A stretch of DNA of 64,000 nt from Ignavibacteriota bacterium (GCA_963727825.1 CAVSHO010000014.1:1-64000); one strand, 5' to 3'. Positions 19,367 through 32,369 are shown, counted from the first letter of the stretch. Notes: generated from the sequence alone by a model not told the origin. Made by a program: numbers and translations.

Positions 19367-20295
19367 GCATATACGAAGTGCTTTCTATGGATATTCCAAT
19401 TCTTGCTTATTCCGTACTTCATCAGCCACGTAAAACTGTGACTGCAAAAGAATATGTAAAATCATTGTTGAGGTTTCGAGCAGAATTAAAAGAAGAATCG
19501 GAAAAAATTCAAACGACATGGCAGAATTATCTTTCAGATTTTACAGCAAAGACAGTGCAAACAACAAGAGGGAATCTATCTCAATTCCTATCCACGCCAA
19601 TCGAATCGGATACGAGTGAAATTCAACACATCATTAGTGATCAAATTAGTCAAACAGCAGAACAACTTTTGCCGAAAATACATTATGGATTGATGGAAGG
19701 ATATGATGGTAGGTTTCTCATCGAAGCACAGCAAGTAGAGATTCCAAAAGCGAGAGCACTTGGAGCACGGTCGTTTTTCCAAAACAAGGGATTTAAAATT
19801 GGCAGAAACAACTCCGCCGTCTTTGAGTCTCTGTTTTTCATACAAGGGGGTTCTAATCTCGATATTCTTGAACATATGATCAACAATCGCATAGGTATCT
19901 ATACTTCTTCCGATAGTACAAAGATCAACCGATCCGATGTAATTGCCCGCTCGTTGTATAATCTGTTATTTCAAGATGGTAATTCTGAAAACAATACAGA
20001 TCATTTTGAGCTTCAAGTGAGATTCGCTAAAGGAAAAGAATCATATGAGTTATTCCATAGTGAATTAACCGAATCAATGAAGCTTTTTCGTTTGGAAGTA
20101 CACGATTTAAACGTCACTGTTTGGCAAAAAAAGCTTGGGCTGGGAATAGGTGAAGAGTATATTCTTCGCGTTAGAACAAAAGACCGTTCAACTTTGCGTA
20201 TGGTTATTGCTGTCACTCAAAAACTTGTTAAAGGGAAAAATCTTATAGCCAATTCACTTGGAGCAGGAATCTGGCTAGTAAAAGAAATTGTCTGA
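19363..20295 (+). CDS. Hypothetical protein
   Basis: 310-aa ORF overlapping the polX stop (ATGA) and ending 6 bp before nth; no motif recognised. Confidence 0.75.
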   Translation: MSIYEVLSMDIPILAYSVLHQPRKTVTAKEYVKSLLRFRAELKEESEKIQTTWQNYLSDFTAKTVQTTRGNLSQFLSTPIESDTSEIQHIISDQISQTAEQLLPKIHYGLMEGYDGRFLIEAQQVEIPKARALGARSFFQNKGFKIGRNNSAVFESLFFIQGGSNLDILEHMINNRIGIYTSSDSTKINRSDVIARSLYNLLFQDGNSENNTDHFELQVRFAKGKESYELFHSELTESMKLFRLEVHDLNVTVWQKKLGLGIGEEYILRVRTKDRSTLRMVIAVTQKLVKGKNLIANSLGAGIWLVKEIV

Positions 20296-20301
20296 GAATC
20301 G

Positions 20302-20928
20302 ATGAAAGCTAGAACAAACATAATTATTGCTCGACTTAAAAAAGAATTTCCACAAGCCAGAACAGCATTGGAATTTTCTAATCCATTGCAATTACTTATT
20401 TCTACCATACTATCAGCGCAATGTACCGATGTTCGCGTTAATATAATTACTCCAAGTTTATTTGCTAAATATCGTTCAGTCAATGATTTCGCAGAAGCCA
20501 ACAGAAGTGAATTAGAGATAGATATCAAATCAACTGGCTTTTACAGGATGAAGGCAAAACATATTATTGAGGCAAGTAGAGCAATTGTAGAACACTTTGA
20601 TGGTCAAGTTCCGAAGACAATGGATGAGTTGATATCTCTTCCCGGTGTAGGTAGGAAAACAGCTAATTGTGTTCTTGGGGGTGCTTACGGCATTCAGAGT
20701 GGGATCGTGGTCGATACTCACGTAATTCGATTGGCAAATCGACTTGAATTGACCAAGAACGAGGCTCCAGATGAAATTGAGCAAGATTTAATGAAACTTG
20801 TGCCAAAGAGAGAATGGTACCGTTTCAGCAATTTATTAATATTGCACGGACGCAAAACATGCAAAGCAAGAAAGCCTTTGTGTGAAAATTGTTCATTGTC
20901 AAATATATGTCCATCATCAACAATATAG
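20302..20928 (+). CDS. nth: Endonuclease III
   Basis: ILSAQCTD, HhH motif LPGVGRKTAN, VVDTHV, C-X6-C-X2-C-X5-C Fe-S cluster. Confidence 0.97.
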   Translation: MKARTNIIIARLKKEFPQARTALEFSNPLQLLISTILSAQCTDVRVNIITPSLFAKYRSVNDFAEANRSELEIDIKSTGFYRMKAKHIIEASRAIVEHFDGQVPKTMDELISLPGVGRKTANCVLGGAYGIQSGIVVDTHVIRLANRLELTKNEAPDEIEQDLMKLVPKREWYRFSNLLILHGRKTCKARKPLCENCSLSNICPSSTI

Positions 20929-21026
20929 TCATTCCGGCACTCTTTGAGCCGCCTGCTTGCCGAAGGCAGGGAACACATAGATAAAAGTAGCACTTATGAT
21001 TAAGGGAAGGTCAAGTCCGGCATGAC
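20928..21026. repeat. GTCA(T)…(A)TGAC-type REP pair with a nested CCTGC…GGCAGG palindrome (20952-20970)
   Basis: GTCATTCCGGC…GCCG[CCTGCTTGCCGAAGGCAGG]GAA…CCGGCATGAC. Confidence 0.7.
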
Positions 21027-21115
21027 AAATGAAAAAATTGAATTCCAGCTTACTCGAGAATGATAATAACTATATAATAACTTAAAAGTATTATAAACTA
21101 ATTCAAAGATTATAT

Positions 21116-21664
21116 ATGACTTACAACGACGCGCTGAATCTAATGCAAGAATACACGAAAAGCGATGCACTTCGCAAACATATGTACGCAGTCGAATCCG
21201 CCATGCGAGCATATGCACGAAAATTTGGAGAGGATGAAGAGACTTGGGCAATTGTTGGTATACTGCATGATTTTGATTATGAAAAATATCCGACAATACC
21301 GGAGCATCCAACGAAAGGATCTGAGATTCTCAAAGAAAAGGGATATCCTGATGATATAAGAAACGCAATACTTAGTCACGCGAGCTTTACAAGTGTTCCA
21401 CGCGAAGCATTGATGGCAAAAGTTCTCTACGCCTGCGACGAGCTTTGCGGCTTTATTGCTGCTGTTGCTGTCATTCGGCCGAATAAAATTGCCGACTTAG
21501 AAGTATCCTCAGTGAAGAAAAAATTAAAGGATAAGTCCTTTGCAAAAAATGTAAGCAGAGAGGATATTCAATTAGGCGTAAAGGAGTTAGCTTTTCCACT
21601 TGAAGAACATATCAAATTTGTCCTTGAGGCTATGAAAGTGGATCGGGAAAGATTAGGTTTGTAA
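21116..21664 (+). CDS. HD-domain metal-dependent phosphohydrolase
   Basis: LRKH, GILHDFDYE, AILSH, ACDELCG. Confidence 0.9.
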   Translation: MTYNDALNLMQEYTKSDALRKHMYAVESAMRAYARKFGEDEETWAIVGILHDFDYEKYPTIPEHPTKGSEILKEKGYPDDIRNAILSHASFTSVPREALMAKVLYACDELCGFIAAVAVIRPNKIADLEVSSVKKKLKDKSFAKNVSREDIQLGVKELAFPLEEHIKFVLEAMKVDRERLGL

Positions 21665-21772
21665 AAAAAGGCATCTGACACTTATTTGTGAATTGATATA
21701 GAAAATGTCTAATGCCTTAAAAATTAAGTCTAATTAGCAAACAATATCCGACCTACAACACTTGAGTGATAA

Positions 21773-22567
21773 ATGAAAAACTTGTGTTTACTTGTAGCCG
21801 CACTTTGCATATTTGTTAGTGCCTATTCACAAAACATTCAGACTGAGCCGCAACGACCCGAACCAATTGTACCTGATAGACCAGGACAGACGAATCCACC
21901 CAATGTTATTGCTCCAGGGATCATCCAGCTCGAAACGGGGTTCTCTCGAGAAACCATAAGCGCAAATGCCATTCAAACGATTAATTACCTTTACAATACG
22001 TCATTAGTACGTATCGGCTTAATGACAAATTGTGAACTGCGTATGGTTATCGAATATGCCGGCACACGAACTGACAGCGGATCTCAATCGTCTGCGCTTC
22101 AAGGGTTCAATCCTGTATCCATTGGTACAAAAATCATGATGTGTCCTGAAAAAGGAATTGTTCCTCAATCAGCAGTGAATATTGCCATCACTTTGCCTTA
22201 TATTGGAAGGAGAGAATTCAGGCCATCGTTTTTGGCACCTTCATTTTTTTTCTTGATGCAAAACTCAATAAGTGAAAAACTTACACTCGGTTATAATCTA
22301 GGACTTCAATGGGATGGTGAGCAGCCAAACGCAACTTTGGTTTATAGTATTTCACCTTCGTTGACAATAGTGGAAGGGTTGAGTCTGTTCGTAGAATGCT
22401 ATGGATTTTCTACAGAAAAATCGATTTCCGATTATCGCGCTGACATGGGTTGCGCCTATTTAATCAATGACGACATGCAAATCGATTTTTCTGTCGGTGT
22501 CGGCCTTAATACTGTTGCGCCGGATTCATTCGTAGCGTTTGGTCTTGCTTGGCGTTTTAATAATTAA
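21773..22567 (+). CDS. Outer-membrane beta-barrel protein (Phenol_MetA_deg / 'transporter'-like)
   Basis: Signal peptide, PDRP…QLETG N-terminus, amphipathic strands, C-terminal GLAWRF. Confidence 0.7.
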   Translation: MKNLCLLVAALCIFVSAYSQNIQTEPQRPEPIVPDRPGQTNPPNVIAPGIIQLETGFSRETISANAIQTINYLYNTSLVRIGLMTNCELRMVIEYAGTRTDSGSQSSALQGFNPVSIGTKIMMCPEKGIVPQSAVNIAITLPYIGRREFRPSFLAPSFFFLMQNSISEKLTLGYNLGLQWDGEQPNATLVYSISPSLTIVEGLSLFVECYGFSTEKSISDYRADMGCAYLINDDMQIDFSVGVGLNTVAPDSFVAFGLAWRFNN

Positions 22568-22643
22568 AGAAAATAAAATATTTTTTACAGCAATTTTTTA
22601 TGGCAATGAAGCTTAGTCAGTCCGATAGCCATAACGGAAGAAA

Positions 22644-22762
22644 GGTAGTCGAACGCTTTAGCATTCGGGATTGGAGCGTTCGTCATCACGGACCACGCAA
22701 ACTAAAGTTTGCGACTAAACGAATTGGTTACCCCATTACGCGATCTGAAGATCGCGATTACC
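22644..22762. repeat. Cluster of three GTAG-class REP hairpins
   Basis: GGTAGTCGAACGCTTTAGC[insert]GTTCG, then reversed copies CGCAAACTAAAGTTTGCGACTA and CGCGATCTGAAGATCGCGATTACC, between convergent genes. Confidence 0.7.
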
Positions 22763-22784
22763 GGATCAATATCGTGCTAATTAA

Positions 22785-24212
<1,428 letters not shown>

Positions 24213-24312
24213 TTATACGAATTTCAATGCACTTCCAAGCAACATTTTCTTGCACTTCATATACAGATGAACTATCTTCTATCTAAATATATTGATACTT
24301 AATGGAGAATTA

Positions 24313-24789
24313 ATGAAGCATAAAATAGCTCGTGCGTATCTATCTGGCGGAATGGAGTACGCAAAGAACGAGGGAATAGATTGGCGAAATGATATAGATT
24401 CATGGCTTAGTAAAAATTTGAATCATATTGTTTTTAATCCTAATATTGAAAGTGAGAAATATCTTGCTAAATCATTGTCAAATAAGAGTTTTAGATTACT
24501 TAAATCAACAGATATCAAGAACTATATAAAGATCGTAAGAAAGTTCGTCGTCAAGGATTCAAAAGAAATTGCAACACGTTCTGATTATATCATTTGTTAC
24601 TGGGACGAAAGCGCACAACGTGGAGCTGGAACGAAAGGTGAGCTTACCATAGCTCGATATTTCAATAAGCCAGTGTATCTAGTTACAAGAATACCAAAAG
24701 AAAAAATTCCTGGATGGGTATTGGGATGCGTAACAGAGTTCTTCGACTCATTTGAACAGCTTAAAGAATTTCTCTCAACAAAGTGCTGA
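24313..24789 (+). CDS. Nucleoside 2-deoxyribosyltransferase-like protein
   Basis: AYLSGGME…WR, FNP, D, GAGTKGEL…KPV pattern. Confidence 0.7.
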   Translation: MKHKIARAYLSGGMEYAKNEGIDWRNDIDSWLSKNLNHIVFNPNIESEKYLAKSLSNKSFRLLKSTDIKNYIKIVRKFVVKDSKEIATRSDYIICYWDESAQRGAGTKGELTIARYFNKPVYLVTRIPKEKIPGWVLGCVTEFFDSFEQLKEFLSTKC

Positions 24790-24873
24790 AAAGAGAGTGT
24801 GGAAGGATTCTATTTGGTTTTCCCAATGACAATTTCTATATTGTAATAGCACCTAAGTGAAAAGTTATCCGTT

Positions 24874-25241
24874 GGGGGTGAAATGGCTTCGACGGGGGCG
24901 AGGAAGCTTAGGACTGCGTGCCGTGGTCACCGTGTCCACGATAAAAAGCGGTAAACTATAAGTGCCAATTACGATTACGCACTGGCTGCCTAATATAATT
25001 AGGTAACCCGTTCACTCCGGTTCTGCCCATAGGACTTGAGATGAACGTCGAATATATTGGGCTAGTTCCTTTTCGTACTCAGGGAGAAGGAATGAAACTG
25101 TTGAGATACAGGTTACCTGAGTTGGCGGAAGGTTAATCCAGCTTGCCGGAGTTTCCTTTCGCGAGATCTAAAGGCAAGATATGCGCGTAGATGTCTTAGG
25201 GGTCTTCTCTTCGGACCGGGGTTCGACTCCCCGCACCTCCA
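24874..25241 (+). ncRNA. ssrA: tmRNA; tag peptide (A)ANYDYALAA at 24964-24993
   Basis: 5' GGGGGTG…GGCTTCGAC, acceptor partner CACCTCC-A with G3:U, T-arm CGGGGTTCGACTCCCCG, resume motif TAAGT-GCC, tag ends ALAA-TAA. Confidence 0.95.
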
Positions 25242-25398
25242 CAATTGCAATTTTCTATTTTAAGAACCTTCCATAAAATATTTTAAACTCATAAGATATA
25301 ACGAAATCGTTAAGAAGTACCTTCATAAATTGTTTCCAGCGTTGATTATAATTTTACTGTACTAAAATATAGTCTCATAATAGCAGAGAAAAATTTTC

Positions 25399-26316
25399 AT
25401 GGTTGATTTACCTAAATTAGGAATCGTTCTCAATCCGATTGCCGGAAAGGGACGTGCTTTCCATATTGAAAAATCTTTAGTTGAGCATTTAAAAAAGCGA
25501 AAGATCATATTTCAAATTAAAAAAACAGAAGGTCCGAGGCATGCCACTGAGCTTTCCACTCAAATGTGCAAGAATTCAGATATCATTATTGCAATTGGAG
25601 GCGACGGGACAGTAAATGAAGTAGCATCAGGAATTTATGGGAGCACTACTTCATTAGCGATTCTTCCAATCGGCTCAGGGAATGATTTCAATAAGATCAT
25701 TGGAATCCCCAAAACAATCAATCTAGCTATTGATACAATAATATCAGGGACAAAGAAGTCGGTAGATCTTGGTAGAGTAATAATAAAGAATTCTTCCGCT
25801 GTGAATCAGATCAGACACTTTATCAATACGCTAGGAATCGGAATTGATGCTCAAATTGCAAAAGAGACGCAACGAATTAAGTACCTACGTGGACTGCCTT
25901 TATACATAGTTGCAGCTATAAAAGCATTAAGCATGTATTCACCAAATGAATATATTATTTCCGATAACGGTACGACACGAAAAGAAAAAGCTTATCTTAT
26001 ATGCGTTGGAAACGGAATCTATGAGGGAGGTGGATTCAAAATATTACCTGATGCTAATCCAAGTGATTCAAAATTGGATATATGCCTGATAAAAAAAATG
26101 TCAGCTTGGAATGCGATTCCATTAGTACCAAAAATCATTCATGGAACGCATGGGGATCATAGAATGGTAAATATATGGGATTCAAAGATGATTAGGATTT
26201 CATCTAAACAACCATTCATTATTCACGGAGATGGTGAGATATTTGAAGAACAGGCTATTGAAGTGGAAATCGATTTGATCCCAAATGCTATTAGTATTAT
26301 TGTACCAAAGAATTAA
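25399..26316 (+). CDS. Diacylglycerol kinase family (YegS/DagK-like) lipid kinase
   Basis: LNPIAG, GGDGTVNEV, PIGSGNDF, YEGGG, HGDGE. Confidence 0.92.
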   Translation: MVDLPKLGIVLNPIAGKGRAFHIEKSLVEHLKKRKIIFQIKKTEGPRHATELSTQMCKNSDIIIAIGGDGTVNEVASGIYGSTTSLAILPIGSGNDFNKIIGIPKTINLAIDTIISGTKKSVDLGRVIIKNSSAVNQIRHFINTLGIGIDAQIAKETQRIKYLRGLPLYIVAAIKALSMYSPNEYIISDNGTTRKEKAYLICVGNGIYEGGGFKILPDANPSDSKLDICLIKKMSAWNAIPLVPKIIHGTHGDHRMVNIWDSKMIRISSKQPFIIHGDGEIFEEQAIEVEIDLIPNAISIIVPKN

Positions 26317-26385
26317 ATATTGTGCTATAATGTATATTATGCAGAATAATCAATTCCCTTTCCGATTTGTAAATCTCTATTTTAA

Positions 26386-28653
26386 TTAATTTTGCTCAAT
26401 AGGCATTCTTTTTTCAATAGAATTATTGTAGTTGTTAATTGCTTCCACAACATCAATATCGATGATGGAATCTATCTTCAGCCTTTTATCACACGTTACC
26501 TTACCAATCTGAATTGCGTCAATCTTGTTTTGATTAGCTATTGATAAGATTTGTGCTAACTTGCTTTCATTGCACGAGATTACTACTCTTGATTGAGATT
26601 CTCCGAAATATAAAAAGTCCTTTCTAATATGGTTCGCTTCATTCAATTTTATTTGGCAACCAAATTCTTTCACACTGTTCAGGCATTCTATAAGAGTTAC
26701 CGCGAGCCCTCCATCTGAAATATCGTGCATTGAATTCACAATATTCTTTGTTGCCAACTCCTGGCAAACGTCGTGAAGTCTCGCTTCATATTCTAATGTT
26801 ATCTCGGGAGCATCTCCAAGAATTTCATTCAACATCATAGAGAGATATTCGGATCCACCAATTTCTCCTTTGTTTATGCCTAATTCTATTATAACATCTC
26901 CAACCTGGCTGAAATGCGATCCAACAACACGGCCTATATCTTTTAATAAACCTAACATACCAATTACTGGAGTCGGAATTATTGCCCCATTTGGCCCTTC
27001 ATTATAAAAACTAACATTACCCCCAGTAACTGGAGTTTTGAATACTGTACATGCCTCTCTCATGCCAGCTATAGCTTCCGTGAATTGCCAATATATTTCC
27101 GGATCGTATGGATTTCCAAAGTTTAAACAATTTGTAATTGCAATTGGTTTTGCTCCAACACATGCGACGTTTCTTGCTGCTTCGGCTACGGCTATCTGTG
27201 TACCGCGCCTTGGATTCAAGTATACAAATTTTGCATTACAATCCGTTTTAAGTGCAAGCCCTTTATGTGATTCTTTTAAACGAATTACAGCCGCATCTCC
27301 ATCTGCTAACAGAGTACTATTTGTTCGTACCATAGAATCATATTGTTCATACACCCATTTCTTACTAGCAATAGATGGTCGCTCGAGCAAGTTAAACAAG
27401 CATTCATTCATATCTTTTGGTACCGCCAAAGAACTTGAATTAAATTTTCTACATCGTTCGATATAGTCTGGTTTTCGAGTTTCTCTGATATATACAGGTG
27501 CCCCACTTCCGCCTAATACGAGAGGTTCAGCAGGAAGATTTGCTATTATTTCATTATTCAAACGAATAATTAAATTAGACTGATCTTCAACAGTCCCGAT
27601 AATTTCTGCCTCTATATCCCATTTTTTAAAGATGTTAGATATCTCTTCTTCGTGTCCTTTCTTAATGATAAATAACATTCGTTCCTGTGATTCTGATAGC
27701 AAGATTTCATAGGGAGTCATTTCTTTTTCACGTAGCGGAATCTTTTCGAGGTCAATTATCATTCCTGAATTACCTCTTGCACTCATCTCCGATGTTGAGC
27801 ATGTTATTCCAGCTGCCCCCATATCCTGCACACCAATAATAAATCCACTCTCAATAACTTCCAAAGTAGCTTCTAATAATATTTTTCCTGCAAATGGATC
27901 TCCAACCTGAACGGAAGATTTTTTTGCCTCAGATTTTTCTGAAATTTCTTCTGAAGCAAATGTAGCACCATGAATTCCATCTCTCCCTGTCTTTGAACCA
28001 ACTATCATTACGATATTTTCCTTGCCCTTAGCAATTGCTTTCGAAATTTTGCTGTGCTCCACAATTCCAACCGCCATAGCATTCAATAACGGATTATCTT
28101 GATATGAATCGTCAAAATAGACTTCTCCTGCTACTGTAGGTACACCGAAGCTGTTTCCATAATCAGCTATACCTTTTACAACCCTTCTAAACAAATGGCT
28201 TACTCTTGGGTCGCTTAAACGACCAAATCTTAAGGAATTTAAAACAGCAATTGGCCGCGCACCCATTGAAAAAATATCTCGTAAAATACCGCCAACTCCT
28301 GTTGCTGCACCCTGATAAGGCTCTACAGCTGAAGGATGATTATGGCTTTCAATTTTGAATGCAACTGCAAGCCCATCACCTATATCCACAAGTCCCGCAT
28401 TTTCTTCTCCAGCTTCTACTAATAAGTAAGGTCCTTTGCGTGGTAATGTTTTCAATTGCGCAATAGAATTTTTATAGCTGCAATGTTCACTCCACATAAC
28501 GCTAAAAATACCTAATTCTGTAAATGTTGGTGAGCGTCTTAATATTTTTAGTATGCGATCATATTCTTCTTCCAAAAGACCATGCTCTTTTACAAGTTCA
28601 ATTGTAATTTCTGGATCAATACCTTTTATTGGCAAGTTTTTATTTTTTTTCAT
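26386..28653 (-). CDS. purL: Phosphoribosylformylglycinamidine synthase subunit PurL
   Basis: [48 protein letters not shown]. Confidence 0.97.
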   Translation of the reverse strand: MKKNKNLPIKGIDPEITIELVKEHGLLEEEYDRILKILRRSPTFTELGIFSVMWSEHCSYKNSIAQLKTLPRKGPYLLVEAGEENAGLVDIGDGLAVAFKIESHNHPSAVEPYQGAATGVGGILRDIFSMGARPIAVLNSLRFGRLSDPRVSHLFRRVVKGIADYGNSFGVPTVAGEVYFDDSYQDNPLLNAMAVGIVEHSKISKAIAKGKENIVMIVGSKTGRDGIHGATFASEEISEKSEAKKSSVQVGDPFAGKILLEATLEVIESGFIIGVQDMGAAGITCSTSEMSARGNSGMIIDLEKIPLREKEMTPYEILLSESQERMLFIIKKGHEEEISNIFKKWDIEAEIIGTVEDQSNLIIRLNNEIIANLPAEPLVLGGSGAPVYIRETRKPDYIERCRKFNSSSLAVPKDMNECLFNLLERPSIASKKWVYEQYDSMVRTNSTLLADGDAAVIRLKESHKGLALKTDCNAKFVYLNPRRGTQIAVAEAARNVACVGAKPIAITNCLNFGNPYDPEIYWQFTEAIAGMREACTVFKTPVTGGNVSFYNEGPNGAIIPTPVIGMLGLLKDIGRVVGSHFSQVGDVIIELGINKGEIGGSEYLSMMLNEILGDAPEITLEYEARLHDVCQELATKNIVNSMHDISDGGLAVTLIECLNSVKEFGCQIKLNEANHIRKDFLYFGESQSRVVISCNESKLAQILSIANQNKIDAIQIGKVTCDKRLKIDSIIDIDVVEAINNYNNSIEKRMPIEQN

Positions 28654-28745
28654 GTTCTACGATAACCTTATATAGTATTTTCAAGTTCACTGGAACTAAA
28701 TTAAAGCATTCTATTTTTGTGATTTACTATCTGTTTCATGATGGT

Positions 28746-31115
28746 TCAATTCAATTCAACAACTGTCACTCCCATTCCACCTTCATTCCACTCACCCATC
28801 CGAAATGCTTTTACGTGAGGGTATGTTTTTATAAACTCACTAATTTTTTTTCGCAGTGCCCCTGTGCCCTTCCCATGAATAATATCAACTCGATGTAATC
28901 CTGCCGCATATGCATTATCGAGGAAAGTCTGGACTTGTGCAATGGCTTCATCACCAAAAAGCCCTCTCAAATCGATTTCATTTTTTGCTTCGGGAGCATG
29001 AGCAGTAGATGAAAGACTTGAATATTGTTTTTGTTCCTTTTGTTCCTTATGCAAATCGATCAGAGTGATGCGAAGTCGGGCATTTCCGCAAAGGACGACA
29101 GCATGTTTTCCGTGAATTTCTAATACTTCTCCCTTTTCATGGCCATCACGAATTCGAACGATATCGCCCTTTTCGATCAATTCAGCATTCACTGGAGTTG
29201 TTTGTTCTTCGCTCGTGAATTTTTCTAATTCTTCTCCAAGTTTTTTAAGTACTTGGTGTGAAGAGCGTACAACTTCGCGTTGAGCACCGCTTTCTCGGAT
29301 TTCTTTTACCGAACGTTCAACTTTTAAGTGTGCTTGCTGAACGATTTCCTTTGCCTCTTCAACTGCTTTTTTCCGAATTGTCCCTAATTCGTGTTTTAAT
29401 TGCGTCGTCTTCTGTTCGTATGACAATACCATTGATTCTAGATGCTCTTTTTCCTCCGCTGTTTGTCGCAATTGACGTTGATATTCTTGTGCTTGTCGTT
29501 CAAGCTCTAGAATAAGCGATTCAAGCTTAGTTTTCTCATTTCCCATCTGAGCGCGCGCTCGATTTAAAAGATCATGTGATATACCTAAGCGCTCAGCAAG
29601 CTCGAATGCGTAACTGCTCCCCGGAATCCCGCTTCTGAAACGATAGGTCGGCGATAATGATTCTTGATTAAACTCCATAGAAGCGTTATCCATGCCCGGC
29701 GTTTCGTGGGCAAATACTTTCAGCATACCATGATGCGTTGTAGCTATGGTGATTGCCTTTCGAGCAGTAAGGTCTTGCAGTGCCACCGCTGCCAGCGCAC
29801 CTCCTTCAGACGGATCGGTTCCCGCTCCAATTTCATCAATCAATACCAATGATGATGCATCTGCTTCTTCAAGAATCTTATGCAGAGAATTTAGATGTGA
29901 GCTAAAAGTGCTTAAATCATTCTCGATAGATTGATCGTCACCTATATCGACAAATATTTTTTGGAATGGGAATATTTCTGATTCCGAATCCGCAGGAATA
30001 TGGATACCAGTTTGCGCACATAAAGCTAAAAGTCCAACTGTTTTCATTGCAACAGTTTTACCACCGGCATTTGGACCTGTGATAATAAGCGTTTGCGTGT
30101 CTTCACCAAGTTTTATGGAAAGCGGGACAGTTTTCTCCCTCTTTAGATGTTGAAGAAGAATTGGATGCCGTGCGTTGAATAATTTGATACAAGGTGCCGA
30201 AGAAATTACAGGCGGATTTCCACAAACTTCAATCGAATATTTTCCACGTGCGAAGATTACATCAAGTTCTGTAAGAGCAGAATAACTCACTGCAAGCGGT
30301 TCACGTAATTCGGCGACCTGTTTTGTGAGATCAGCAAGTATGCGATGAATTTCTCTCTGTTCACTAAGTTGCAGCTCACGTAATGCATTATTGAGCTCCA
30401 GTGATTCTGCCGGTTCAATAAACACAGTAGCGCCGCTCGATGAAGTAGAATGTATGAATCCTGGAACGTTGTGCTTGTATTCAGTTTTAATAGGAATTAC
30501 AAATCTGCCATCGCGTGTTGTAACAATTTCGTCTTGAAGAAATTCCTGTTTGGCTACACTCCGAAGTATAGATTCAAGCCGCCGCCGTAATGCTTCAGTT
30601 GCCTGTATCATAGAACGTCGAATTTCACGCAATTCTCGACTCGCGGTATCTTTCACAAAGCCGCGTTCATCCAGTGCTTCATTAATATGATGTTCAACAA
30701 TTTTATCTGCAAAGAGATTTTGATGATAGATACTGATAGTTGGATATTGTAAAGCTCGCTTTGAAAGAAATACTTTGAGTGAGCGTGAAACTCGAATTAC
30801 AGATGCGATTTCTAATAATTCAACAACTGTAAGAACTTGGTTTTCGACCGTTGTCTTCTTTAATGCAACCGTGATGTTCTTAAACCCATCAAAAGGAATT
30901 GCAGTTTCAGCAATAAGAAGTTCTTTAGCTTCTGAAACTTTACGAAGTTCTAATTCAATTATCTTACGGTCGATTTGAGGTGTAAGACGAAGAGCATTTT
31001 GTCTGCCGGATTCTGAATACGCAAGTTTACTTATACGTTCAACTACTTTGTCGTAATCCAGCTTGCGTAGTGCATCAACGAAGTTAGCTGAAAGATTTGT
31101 TAACAGTTGAGACAC
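28746..31115 (-). CDS. mutS2: Endonuclease MutS2
   Basis: ITGPNAGGKT, LSTFSSH, DEIGAGTDP, C-terminal Smr domain (IDLRG…IIHGKGTG). Confidence 0.96.
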   Translation of the reverse strand: MSQLLTNLSANFVDALRKLDYDKVVERISKLAYSESGRQNALRLTPQIDRKIIELELRKVSEAKELLIAETAIPFDGFKNITVALKKTTVENQVLTVVELLEIASVIRVSRSLKVFLSKRALQYPTISIYHQNLFADKIVEHHINEALDERGFVKDTASRELREIRRSMIQATEALRRRLESILRSVAKQEFLQDEIVTTRDGRFVIPIKTEYKHNVPGFIHSTSSSGATVFIEPAESLELNNALRELQLSEQREIHRILADLTKQVAELREPLAVSYSALTELDVIFARGKYSIEVCGNPPVISSAPCIKLFNARHPILLQHLKREKTVPLSIKLGEDTQTLIITGPNAGGKTVAMKTVGLLALCAQTGIHIPADSESEIFPFQKIFVDIGDDQSIENDLSTFSSHLNSLHKILEEADASSLVLIDEIGAGTDPSEGGALAAVALQDLTARKAITIATTHHGMLKVFAHETPGMDNASMEFNQESLSPTYRFRSGIPGSSYAFELAERLGISHDLLNRARAQMGNEKTKLESLILELERQAQEYQRQLRQTAEEKEHLESMVLSYEQKTTQLKHELGTIRKKAVEEAKEIVQQAHLKVERSVKEIRESGAQREVVRSSHQVLKKLGEELEKFTSEEQTTPVNAELIEKGDIVRIRDGHEKGEVLEIHGKHAVVLCGNARLRITLIDLHKEQKEQKQYSSLSSTAHAPEAKNEIDLRGLFGDEAIAQVQTFLDNAYAAGLHRVDIIHGKGTGALRKKISEFIKTYPHVKAFRMGEWNEGGMGVTVVELN

Positions 31116-31166
31116 TATGAAATTTGCTTCCTGGCGATTTTTCTATTTGATCAATATTCGGGTGTA

Positions 31167-31721
31167 CTATTTCTTTTGATCTGCTGATGTTTCGGTGGAC
31201 CGAGGGTGAACTTTTTTTTCTTTATCTTTTTCCGAAGATTCAGACGAACCCATATCAGAAACAACTGTCGATGTGAAATCCAATATTTGTGGAGCGATGT
31301 TTACAACTGACTTGTAAAATTGTGAATCACGCTTGTTCTGAATGTCAGGAAAACCAGACAATGCAAAGATAAAGAGCAGTGAGCTAACAAAAAGAACTCC
31401 CTCAAAAAATCCTAAAACCATTCCACCGATTCTATCGGTGATTCCACCAATTTTATAATTTTTAGTTACGATCCGATAAATAAATCCTTGAATAAGAAAT
31501 AATCCAAGAAAAATACATAAAAACCCATATATTGGCGCATTTTCCTGGCTTGCTTCTGCATGCTCAATAAAATATTTGCCAACATCATGCATATAGAACT
31601 GTGCCAAAATAAGACCAGCGATAAGCACAACGATCGCAACAATTTTCCGTATAATACCGTCACGTAATCCAAACAAAATACAAGTAAGGACTGGAATAAA
31701 GATAAAAATGTCCACTAACAT
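31167..31721 (-). CDS. cvpA: CvpA family membrane protein
   Basis: GLRDG, four TM segments, DRIGGMVLG; upstream of mutS2. Confidence 0.8.
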   Translation of the reverse strand: MLVDIFIFIPVLTCILFGLRDGIIRKIVAIVVLIAGLILAQFYMHDVGKYFIEHAEASQENAPIYGFLCIFLGLFLIQGFIYRIVTKNYKIGGITDRIGGMVLGFFEGVLFVSSLLFIFALSGFPDIQNKRDSQFYKSVVNIAPQILDFTSTVVSDMGSSESSEKDKEKKVHPRSTETSADQKK

Positions 31722-31725
31722 ATCA

Positions 31726-32175
31726 TTATTCTCCTAATTGTTGTTTGACTACTTCATGGACGGCCTTACCGTCAATCTTGCCTTTTAATTCTTTCATCGC
31801 AACAGGCATTACCTTTCCGAAATCTTTTGCAGAGACTGCCCCAACTTCGATGATTATTTTTTTTACTATATCCACTGCTTCTTCTCTACTCAATTGCTTA
31901 GGAAGATATTCGTTAATGATTTCTAATTCGCGTTGTTCCTGGTCTGAAAGATCTGTCCTGCCCCCTTTTTGATACATTTCTATTGCTTCCTTCCGCTTCT
32001 TTGCCTCAGACAACAGAATTGCAAGTTCATCTTCTGGGGTTATGCTTGAGCCTGTACCGCGCTTAGAAAGTTCTATGATTCTTGTCCGAATTGATCGAAT
32101 TGTGTTCAACTTAACGCTGTCGCCGGATTTCATTGCGGCTTTAAGATCATCGTTAATCTTTTCTGAGAGTGCCAT
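31726..32175 (-). CDS. GatB/YqeY domain protein
   Basis: DLKAAMKS, KKRKEAI…GGR, EYLPKQLS, DFGKVM. Confidence 0.93.
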   Translation of the reverse strand: MALSEKINDDLKAAMKSGDSVKLNTIRSIRTRIIELSKRGTGSSITPEDELAILLSEAKKRKEAIEMYQKGGRTDLSDQEQRELEIINEYLPKQLSREEAVDIVKKIIIEVGAVSAKDFGKVMPVAMKELKGKIDGKAVHEVVKQQLGE

Positions 32176-32369
32176 CCTTCTTACCTTTCATTAATAGGTA
32201 ATTAAAGATATTTCGTTTTTTCTATGTTCGTGAGAAATATTGACGAATTACGTGTCTTAATTTACCTATATAGAAAAATACAAAATAAATGGCTTATCTG
32301 CCAATGATGTGTATCAACATCCGTTTACTATGTAGCCATACCTCTCTTTAAGAAGAATACGATCTCTTT

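Noticed and set aside
25200-25400. tmRNA 3' end as an island integration site
   Set aside because: No integrase and no duplicated ssrA 3' fragment were seen in the window.
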